A DNA stretch of 64,000 nucleotides, from assembly GCA_937927435.1 (NCBI GenBank), contig CALBDW010000166.1:416-64415 (forward strand), in the 5' to 3' direction. The DNA comes from an uncultured Bdellovibrionales bacterium (GTDB lineage Bacteria > Bdellovibrionota > Bdellovibrionia > Bdellovibrionales > JAMPXM01). Below, in pieces: positions 44,748 through 52,149 of the stretch (its first letter is position 1; every line of letters starts with the position of its first letter). Made by a program: the position numbers and the translations under genes. The notes under the pieces were generated by a model that was not told the origin of the DNA, did not search any database, and saw only the letters and a list, made by a program, of their open reading frames with translations.

Positions 44748-45587
44748 GTGAATCTTATCAAAAACCGTAAGATCGGGTTCATTGGTGCGGGCAACATGGG
44801 ACAGGCGATGATCAAAGCGCTTGTCGATTCCCAGACGGTCAGCCCTTCTCAAATCTACGTTACCAATCGTTCCGGCGGAAAACTCAAAAAGGTTGAGGAA
44901 GTTTACGGCGTTCGTTCGATCAGAACCAACGAGGAATTGGTCGATGAATGCGATATCGTCGTCTTGGCCGTAAAGCCTCAGGACCTGGTGCAAGTCCTGG
45001 AGCCGATCGCCTCGTCGTTTCACTCGGGACACTTGGTGATCTCGGTTGCGGCCGGATTTACTTTGAAGACTTTGAAAAAACTTATTCCCAATGCGGGGGG
45101 AATCGCGCGAGCCATGCCGAATACGGCCGCGACCATTCAAAAAGCGGTCGTCGGTTACTGTTTGGCCGAGGCTTCGGAAGCTTATGAAGCAACGGTGCAA
45201 GAATTTCTTTCGCCGCTCGGCCTTGTGGTTCATGCGGAGGAGGAAAATGGCTGCTTTGCAGCGCTGACCGTCAGTTGCGCCAGCGGCACGGGATTCGTCT
45301 TGGAGCTCATGCAATACTGGCAAGAATGGATCGAAGAACACGGGTTCGATCCGCAAACGGCCAGGAAGATGGTGGTCCAGACCTTTCTCGGAGCGGCTGA
45401 AATGGCAGCCAGATCCGATTCAACGAGTATCACCGATTTGCAGGAGAAAGTCGTATCGAAGAAAGGGGTTACGTATTCAGGACTTCAGTCCATGCGAGAG
45501 CTGGAAATCGAACGCGCGCTTCGGTACAGCTTTGAAAAAGCGGCGATCCGCGATCAGGAACTCAGCCAGGGAACGGCCCAGCAGTAG
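44748..45587 (+). CDS. proC: Pyrroline-5-carboxylate reductase
   Basis: KIGFIGAGNMGQAMIKAL Rossmann motif, VLAVKPQ, C-terminal SKKGVTYSGL. GTG start follows AGGGGG. Confidence 0.92.
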   Translation: MNLIKNRKIGFIGAGNMGQAMIKALVDSQTVSPSQIYVTNRSGGKLKKVEEVYGVRSIRTNEELVDECDIVVLAVKPQDLVQVLEPIASSFHSGHLVISVAAGFTLKTLKKLIPNAGGIARAMPNTAATIQKAVVGYCLAEASEAYEATVQEFLSPLGLVVHAEEENGCFAALTVSCASGTGFVLELMQYWQEWIEEHGFDPQTARKMVVQTFLGAAEMAARSDSTSITDLQEKVVSKKGVTYSGLQSMRELEIERALRYSFEKAAIRDQELSQGTAQQ

Positions 45588-45688
45588 ATCAGTTTATGCG
45601 CAAGGCCTGGTCTTGCCGGACCAGCGTCGATTGCATAATCTGAATAAAAGTCGCGCGGAACCGCGCCATCGGATGTCACGGAGGACAT

Positions 45689-46264
45689 ATGAAAATCGCG
45701 CCAATCGATATCGCCCATAAAACGTTTTCCCGGAAAGTCATGGGGCTGGACCCGGATGAGGTCAGTGATTTTCTCCGCGACGTCGCCGATCAAATGGAAG
45801 AATTGATCCGCGAGCGCAACTCGCTCAAAGAGGCTCTTCGGCAGAAAGAGCTTCAGGTGATGGAGTACAAAGAGCGCGATGAATCCTTGAAAGCGACACT
45901 CCAGACGGCGACGAAGATGGCGGATCAGATCCGGGCGGATGCCGAGCGCGAGGCGAAGCTCATTATCAATGACGCCAACCATAAGGCCGAGTTGATCCTC
46001 AAGGACAGCCGTGACTCTTTGAAGAAGATCTATCAGGAGATTGCGGATATTAAGAGACTGCGCATGCAGTTCGAAGTGAATCTGCGTTCACTTTGCCAAG
46101 CGCACATCGCGATGCTTGATCAGAGCCACGTGACAATGCCGGATCCGCAAATCAATTTGGCTCAAGCGGCCGCGACGGTGACAGCGACTCAAGGCCCGAG
46201 CGCGAACATGGCGGGAGCTTCGATGCCTCAGCGGGCACAAGCGGCGCCTCCGCCGCGTACATAA
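45689..46264 (+). CDS. divIVA: DivIVA-domain protein
   Basis: MKIAPIDIAHKTFSRKVMGLDPDEVSDFLRDVADQMEEL is the DivIVA lipid-binding N-terminus, followed by coiled coil. ATG follows GGAGGA. Confidence 0.88.
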   Translation: MKIAPIDIAHKTFSRKVMGLDPDEVSDFLRDVADQMEELIRERNSLKEALRQKELQVMEYKERDESLKATLQTATKMADQIRADAEREAKLIINDANHKAELILKDSRDSLKKIYQEIADIKRLRMQFEVNLRSLCQAHIAMLDQSHVTMPDPQINLAQAAATVTATQGPSANMAGASMPQRAQAAPPPRT

Positions 46265-46376
46265 AACTGGCTCACAATCGCGGGGATCAGTCGTTAACGT
46301 TCAAAAAGCGACGCCGTATCCGCCATTTAGCGCCATCACCACGGAAGTGAGCCAGTTTATAAACTGTTCGAGAAAA

Positions 46377-46410
46377 GCGCTGTGATGACACCCATCACTG
46401 CGCGTTTTTT
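46377..46410 (+). terminator. Rho-independent terminator downstream of divIVA
   Basis: GCGCTGTGATG-acacc-CATCACTGCGC (11-bp stem, one T-T mismatch), followed by G and TTTTTT (46405-46410). Confidence 0.7.
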
Positions 46411-46415
46411 GAGTC

Positions 46416-47192
46416 TCAGAAAATTTCCTTAAAGAAATCCAGCATCGCTTGCCAGCTGCGGCGATCGGCATTCTCGTTGTAAGCCGCGCCCTTCGAGTTA
46501 TCGTTGCCGGCCGATTTTTCGGTGAACGAGTGGACGGCGCCGCCGTACTTGATGAGAGTCCAGTCGACGTTCGCTTTGCGCATCTCTTCTTCGAAAGCCG
46601 CGAGATCAGTCGCCGGAACGAACGGGTCGTCGGCGCCATGCAGGGCGAGCACCTTCGCTTTAATGCGTTTTCCGTCGTCAGGCCGCGGGCTATCGAGGCC
46701 GCCGTGGAAGCTCACGACACCCTTGATGTCGGCGCCGGCTCGCGCGAGTTCGATCGCCGCGGTACCGCCGAAGCAGTAACCGATAACGGCGATCTTGTTC
46801 TTGTCGACACCGGCTTGCTTTCTCAGGACTGAAAGTCCTTCCTGCATGCGCATCCGGAGTGCGACACGGTCTTTCTTAAAGAAGCCGGCCAGTTCAGCTG
46901 CTTCTTTTTGATCTTTCGGTCGGGAGTTCTTCCCGTAAACGTCGACGGCGAATGCGATGTATCCCAGCTGCGCAAGCTGGTCGACACGGTCTTTCGTGTC
47001 TTGCGTTACCCCCATCCAGTTGTGCACGACCATGATGGCGGGACGCGGACCTTTGATCGAGTCGTCATAAGCGAGATAGCCGAGATACGGTTTGCCGGCG
47101 AGTTTGTACTCGATGTCTTTCTTGACGATTTCCGCATGGGCAGCGGTCGTCGCCAAAAGCATTAACGTCGCAATAATACGCAGATTGAACAT
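46416..47192 (-). CDS. Exported dienelactone hydrolase family protein
   Basis: Signal peptide MFNLRIIATLMLLATTAAHA. Nucleophile motif IGYCFGG and late HGADD. ATG follows GGGGAGG. Confidence 0.85.
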   Translation of the reverse strand: MFNLRIIATLMLLATTAAHAEIVKKDIEYKLAGKPYLGYLAYDDSIKGPRPAIMVVHNWMGVTQDTKDRVDQLAQLGYIAFAVDVYGKNSRPKDQKEAAELAGFFKKDRVALRMRMQEGLSVLRKQAGVDKNKIAVIGYCFGGTAAIELARAGADIKGVVSFHGGLDSPRPDDGKRIKAKVLALHGADDPFVPATDLAAFEEEMRKANVDWTLIKYGGAVHSFTEKSAGNDNSKGAAYNENADRRSWQAMLDFFKEIF

Positions 47193-47216
47193 GGAGCCTC
47201 CCCTACGCTGTTGGGT

Positions 47217-47543
47217 TCAGGAATTAGAGGCTAACAGCGTCTTCTGAACAAAATCAATTGACACGTCGGTGACGACGAAGGACTTGGAGCGGCTGGTTTC
47301 GCCCTTTGTCAACGTGATCTGTGAGCGCGAGACGCCGAGCTTTTCCGAGAGAAAACGAATGAGTTCTTCATTGGCGCGCCCTTCAACCGGAGGAGCTTGT
47401 ATGCGGATTTTGATCGCGTCGCCGTGGAGACCCGCGATCTCCGTCCTCTTAGCGCCGGGCTGGGCGTGAATTTGAATACGTACGCCGGTAGACTTCCCGA
47501 CGTTGACGGAGGTGATCGCGGGTGTGGGGCTTTGTGAACTCAT
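47217..47543 (-). CDS. yggU: DUF167 (YggU) family protein
   Basis: GAKRTEIAGLHGDAIKIRIQAPPVEGRANEELIRFLSEKLGV..ITLTKGETSRSK is the YggU signature. The start overlaps the upstream stop. Confidence 0.85.
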   Translation of the reverse strand: MSSQSPTPAITSVNVGKSTGVRIQIHAQPGAKRTEIAGLHGDAIKIRIQAPPVEGRANEELIRFLSEKLGVSRSQITLTKGETSRSKSFVVTDVSIDFVQKTLLASNS

Positions 47544-48664
47544 TTCGACCGGTTTTTCTTTTCTAAAAGTTTTTCCGTTTGATCGAGAGCGTCCTCTCCT
47601 GAACTAGGAAGAACTTCGGCCTCCTCGCTTTCGAAGAGATCGTAGTCCACATCTTCCGTGTCGGGTTCGAAGCTTCGTTGAGCGGAGCTTTCGTCCGGAC
47701 GGATGTACTTGTACCGCTGGGGAGCGGACGTGCGAACCACGGTCGGTGGTTGGGGATTGAAGGAGATCGAGCCGGTGATGGAGAAGCCTTCCGCGGTGTC
47801 GATGCCGTTGAGAGTTTTCGCCAGGCCCACGCGGATCCAGAGCGTCCGATCAGGGCGGAATCCAATCCAGCCACGGGCTTCGATCAGAGCCGGTTCGAAG
47901 GCGTAGTATCTAAAGCTCCCGGCGTTAGCTCTTTGGGCGGTTTGAAGACGCGACTCTCGCGTGCTTCGGTCGGCAAGGAAGGTTTCGTATCCGCTGATTC
48001 CTCCACCCAGGGTGACGATGGAGAACAGGCGCATGTCGGCGGTGACTTCATAGGCGAAGCGCGTACCCAAGTCGGAGAGAGGAATATGGAATCCTCCAAA
48101 CGCACCCAAGCGGAATTTGCGGAAAGGCTTGTGCGCGAAGAGTCCCGACCGGATATAGGGAACGCCGTCGCTCGTCATCGGCTCGGTTTGATTGGGATCG
48201 GTCGGATGCATTGGAATTGAAACCAAGACTTCGGGAACGATGCGGAAATACTGCCTGTGCAGAAGCCAGTTCGCGCCACCGAAGACCTCGGTAATTTGGG
48301 AGTTCGTCTTGTGGTACACGTTATCGGTCGCTTGCGAGTAGCCGAGTCCCAACCCCGCGAATGTTGAAAACTTGGTTGTGAAGTTGTAGCGCCCGCGGAA
48401 TGTGGATTGGATCGTGGAAAACTTATTTTCGTTCGGCAAACGGGAGTAACTTCCCCGAACGTTGTCGTAGTTCGCTTGGGTCACGAAATACTCGACCCTT
48501 GCGGAAAGCCCGTAGGTGCGGCTCGCCCATCCTCCCGGCGGAGTTTCATAAGCGGTGACGGCTGAGGCCCGCGGACCGCAAACGACCGCTAGGAGCGAGA
48601 GCCCAAGGAAAATCGTGATTTTTCGTCTGGACCTATTCTGAAAGTCGAAGTTCACGGAAGCCAC
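47540..48664 (-). CDS. Putative outer-membrane beta-barrel protein with acidic C-terminal tail
   Basis: Signal peptide (..GPRASA) and alternating aromatic/Gly-rich strands. The last ~80 aa are acidic and disordered (DTEDVDYDLFESEEAEV). No family assigned. Confidence 0.55.
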   Translation of the reverse strand: MASVNFDFQNRSRRKITIFLGLSLLAVVCGPRASAVTAYETPPGGWASRTYGLSARVEYFVTQANYDNVRGSYSRLPNENKFSTIQSTFRGRYNFTTKFSTFAGLGLGYSQATDNVYHKTNSQITEVFGGANWLLHRQYFRIVPEVLVSIPMHPTDPNQTEPMTSDGVPYIRSGLFAHKPFRKFRLGAFGGFHIPLSDLGTRFAYEVTADMRLFSIVTLGGGISGYETFLADRSTRESRLQTAQRANAGSFRYYAFEPALIEARGWIGFRPDRTLWIRVGLAKTLNGIDTAEGFSITGSISFNPQPPTVVRTSAPQRYKYIRPDESSAQRSFEPDTEDVDYDLFESEEAEVLPSSGEDALDQTEKLLEKKNRSK

Positions 48665-48874
48665 TCTAAGGTTGTTCGGTTTCGCTTCAAGCAGAAACTA
48701 TTTTGATTTTAGGATCTGCCCCCCCAATGCTCAAGGGTCTTTGTCATCCGGCGTTAACCCTTACGGGTTCTTCGTTCGCATTCTACCGGTCAAAGCGCGG
48801 CTCGTATCGCGCCGTTTGCCAAAGGGCGGAGCGCATGCGAAAGTAGGCGCGCGCTTTTAATGGACAGGAGCTTC

Positions 48875-50104
48875 ATGCGTTCGCCTTTAGTCGTGATTTT
48901 CATCACGGTTTTTATCGATCTCGTCGGCTTCGGGCTGATCATTCCGACGGCGCCGTTTATTGCGAGAAACTTCGGGGCCTCGGCAGCCGAAGTCGGTTTG
49001 CTCATGGCGATCTTTTCGTTCATGCAATTCCTGTTTTCCCCGTTTTGGGGGGCTTTGAGCGATCGGATCGGCCGTCGCCCGACCGTCCTCATCACTCTTT
49101 TGGGGAGCGCCCTTTCTTATTTCATTTTCGCCTTTTCGAATTCGCTCTGGCTCCTATTCGTTTCGCGCGCGCTCGCCGGACTCTTCGGAGGAAATATTTC
49201 GACGGCGCATGCCTATATTGGTGACGTGACGCCGCCGCAAGAGCGTTCGAAAGGCATGGGGCTCATCGGCGCCGCGTTCGGCCTCGGTTTCGTTTTCGGT
49301 CCGCTCTTGGGCGCGGGGCTTGGAATCATCGGGCAGAAACTGGGAAATCACCCTCCGTTCGGATTGAGCTTTTCGGCTCTCGTGGTCGGTTTCCTTTGCC
49401 TGGCGAATTGCGCGTTTGCATGGCTGAGACTCAAAGAAAGCCTGCCGCCGGAAGTGCGGGCCCGCGCGCGTGAGGCGAACCCGCGTCAAGGGCGTTTGAA
49501 GACCGCTTGGGGGCAGATTCGCCGGCCGGTCACCGGTTCGTTGATGGTGGTCTATTTCCTTTCCGGTCTCGCGATGGCGCAGATGGAGTCCATGTTGATC
49601 CCTTACATGGCGGATCGTTTTCATTGGGGCCTGGAGATCACGATGTACGGTTTCGCGTACATCGGCGTCGTCATGATGATCACCCAAGGCTTCTTGGTTC
49701 GCTATTGCATGCCGAAGTTCGGTGAACCCGTGGTCCTTTGCGTGGGACTGGTGATGTTCGCCTTAAGTCTCTTCGGACTTGCGGCCGCGGGAGAAGTGTG
49801 GGGAATCGGCGTGGCTATGACATTCTTGGCTCTGGGTAACGGGTTGATGAGACCGCCGAACCTGGGAATTATCAGCCTTCTCACTCCGCCGGAGGAGCAA
49901 GGCCGTTCCATGGGAGTGACGAATTCGCTCGCGTCGCTCGGGCGGATTTTGGGGCCGCTATTGGGTGGTTATCTTTACGAATCGGTGAGCGGGCGGGCGC
50001 CTTTCATCGGGGCCGGTGTGGTTGCGTTGCTAGCTCTTGCCATGACGGTTGCCAATTACGGCCAGCTGCCGTCTTCCGGAAAAACCACAAGTGAGGTCAC
50101 ATGA
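48875..50104 (+). CDS. MFS transporter (TetA/DHA1-like)
   Basis: ATG 48875 follows AGGAG (the ORF-track start at 48860 is less likely). FIDLVGFGLIIP, GALSDRIGRRP (MFS motif A), 12 TM. Confidence 0.88.
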   Translation: MRSPLVVIFITVFIDLVGFGLIIPTAPFIARNFGASAAEVGLLMAIFSFMQFLFSPFWGALSDRIGRRPTVLITLLGSALSYFIFAFSNSLWLLFVSRALAGLFGGNISTAHAYIGDVTPPQERSKGMGLIGAAFGLGFVFGPLLGAGLGIIGQKLGNHPPFGLSFSALVVGFLCLANCAFAWLRLKESLPPEVRARAREANPRQGRLKTAWGQIRRPVTGSLMVVYFLSGLAMAQMESMLIPYMADRFHWGLEITMYGFAYIGVVMMITQGFLVRYCMPKFGEPVVLCVGLVMFALSLFGLAAAGEVWGIGVAMTFLALGNGLMRPPNLGIISLLTPPEEQGRSMGVTNSLASLGRILGPLLGGYLYESVSGRAPFIGAGVVALLALAMTVANYGQLPSSGKTTSEVT

Positions 50105-50403
50105 GTGAGGTTTTTAAAATCGGCGAGTTTCAACTCAGAAACTTGATCGAAAACCGGGTGAAGTTCCTCTATCTGGATCTTCGTAAGGAGGACGTGCGCG
50201 AACACGAGCTGCTCGCGGGCAGCCTGAAGACGTCGCCTGAGGACGTGCTCGCAAAGGTGGAACAGAGCGGAGTGGGGAAAGATTGGCCGATCGTTTTGAT
50301 TTGCGAGACAGGAGTCACGTCAATGGCGGCTGCGCTCAAGCTCGCAGGTGACTCATATGTCAACGTTTGTGTCGTCGAAGGCGGCCTAGAGGCGCTGTTT
50401 TAA
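50101..50403 (+). CDS. Single-domain rhodanese-like protein
   Basis: ATGA overlap with the MFS stop. Active-site loop IVLICETGVTS with Cys. Confidence 0.75.
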   Translation: MSEVFKIGEFQLRNLIENRVKFLYLDLRKEDVREHELLAGSLKTSPEDVLAKVEQSGVGKDWPIVLICETGVTSMAAALKLAGDSYVNVCVVEGGLEALF

Positions 50404-50475
50404 AACACGCTTGGGGCGCGATGTCCCGCGTGCGTCGATTAAAAATCATGTTATGAATTTTTAGAGGACGATCCC

Positions 50476-51678
50476 GTGCCGCAACAAAAGGTGGACAAAC
50501 TCACTTCTGGTTTGTGGGACGCCGCCGTGATCGGCGGTGGTGTCGCCGGAGGCGTCGCCGCGATTCATTTGGGGCGTGCGAACATCCGCACGGTTTTGCT
50601 TGAAAAGGACAACGAAACCGGCCCGAAGGTCTGCGGCGGGTTCATCGGGCCTGAAGGCATCCGGATCCTCTCCGAATGCGGCATTGATTTCGACCGGTTG
50701 AAGTCGCCGAAAATCAAAGCTCTCCGGTTTCATGGGCCGCTTCGTTCTTTTGAAGCCAACGTGCCGTGCGAAGCGAGAGTCCTGTCGCGTATGACCCTTG
50801 ATCGCGAGCTGCTTGATATCGCTGCGGCTTGCGGTGTTGAAGTGCGTCGGGGCTCCTTCGTGAGCGAATGTCATGGCGAGCTTCCGTTCAAAATCGTCAC
50901 CTGCGGGGAAGAGCTGGTCGCCAAACGTTTGATCCTTGCGACCGGCAAAAGCGAGTTCCGTTCGGTGCAGCTGCGGCGCGGGCGCGACGAAAATCACGTC
51001 GGTTTCGCTATGCTCCTGCGCTTGAAGCCGAGTATCAGGCGGCGATTGGCGGATCACATGGATATCTTCGTTTTCCGCCACGGGTACGGCAGTCTTTCTC
51101 TTATCGAGGGTGGTGAAGACGCGTGTTGGAGCTTTGTTGTCGAAAGAGCCGCCCTGAAGGAGATGGGTGGTTCCGATTGGGATGCTGTGGCGTCGTATAT
51201 CGCCGATCACAACTGGGAAGCGTCGAGGTATTTCGATGGCGCTGACCCGTTGTGGAAAGATTTTGTCAGCATTCCCCATCTGCCTCTCGGTTTTCTCCGG
51301 CAAGAACGCGGTACGCGTGGAATCTTTTGCTTGGGTGAACAAATGGCAGTCCTGCCTTCGCCGTTGGGAGACGGTCTTTCCGTCGCGGCGATCACGGGCC
51401 GGGAGGCGGCGAAAAACATTATCGGGGCGCGAAAAAGGGGATTGCGTCCTCCTGAATCCTCTTTTCAGTACGAGAAGGAGATCCGGCGTCAGGTGCGCCC
51501 CCGACTGGAGACCGCGTACCGGTTGCACGGCTTCTTCAAGAATCCGCAAATCTTCGATTGGAGCACCTACTTCCTCAAATCGGCTCCTTGGGCGGTCGAA
51601 TTGGCTTTGAGCCTCATGGCGAACCGATCCGACCGGAGGTGGCTCCCGCAAGCTGTCGTAAAGCGTCTCCCGATTTGA
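50476..51678 (+). CDS. FAD-dependent oxidoreductase (geranylgeranyl-reductase/halogenase-like fold)
   Basis: DAAVIGGGVAGGVAAIHLGRANIRTVLLEKD dinucleotide-binding motif; a GD motif region later. GTG start. Confidence 0.8.
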   Translation: MPQQKVDKLTSGLWDAAVIGGGVAGGVAAIHLGRANIRTVLLEKDNETGPKVCGGFIGPEGIRILSECGIDFDRLKSPKIKALRFHGPLRSFEANVPCEARVLSRMTLDRELLDIAAACGVEVRRGSFVSECHGELPFKIVTCGEELVAKRLILATGKSEFRSVQLRRGRDENHVGFAMLLRLKPSIRRRLADHMDIFVFRHGYGSLSLIEGGEDACWSFVVERAALKEMGGSDWDAVASYIADHNWEASRYFDGADPLWKDFVSIPHLPLGFLRQERGTRGIFCLGEQMAVLPSPLGDGLSVAAITGREAAKNIIGARKRGLRPPESSFQYEKEIRRQVRPRLETAYRLHGFFKNPQIFDWSTYFLKSAPWAVELALSLMANRSDRRWLPQAVVKRLPI

Positions 51679-51800
51679 AATTCCTTCCCGGGGACGTGTC
51701 GTAGGCTCCGATCTCCTTGCAGCATAGCTCGGCGCGGGGCTTGCTCAGATCCACGGCCGAGCGGGCTCTGTACTGGGCCCGAAGGTGCCGGAGGCGAGCT

Positions 51801-52067
51801 GTGTTAAGACGTCAGTTTCACTTTGCTGTCGCGATCGTCGGACTGTTGATGTTCATTTGCGCGCAAGAGGTATTCAGTGCCGACTTCCAGACGCAAGGGA
51901 GCCCCGGCGTTATTGTCATGGAAGTGGAAGACCCGTCGGCGTCGGTCGCACTTGCCCTTCTCCAGCTGCTCGACGAAACCGAGGCGGATTCAATCGCCCA
52001 AGTCGAAGAAATCAATTCCGGCCGTTTCAATCCTTTCTTGGCCGGCCGTTCTTCCAGACTCCCGTAA
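51801..52067 (+). CDS. Possible small secreted acidic protein (88 aa)
   Basis: GTG 51801 lies 5 nt after GGAGG. Signal-like FHFAVAIVGLLMFICAQEVFSA, and the mature part is acidic. No homology recognised, so it could be non-coding. Confidence 0.35.
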   Translation: MLRRQFHFAVAIVGLLMFICAQEVFSADFQTQGSPGVIVMEVEDPSASVALALLQLLDETEADSIAQVEEINSGRFNPFLAGRSSRLP

Positions 52068-52149
52068 CAGATCGCGGCTTTACTGCCTTCCTGCACCGGT
52101 GGTACAGTCCGTCAGAGGCTAAGATCTTAATAACAGAGGGAAAAGTGCC

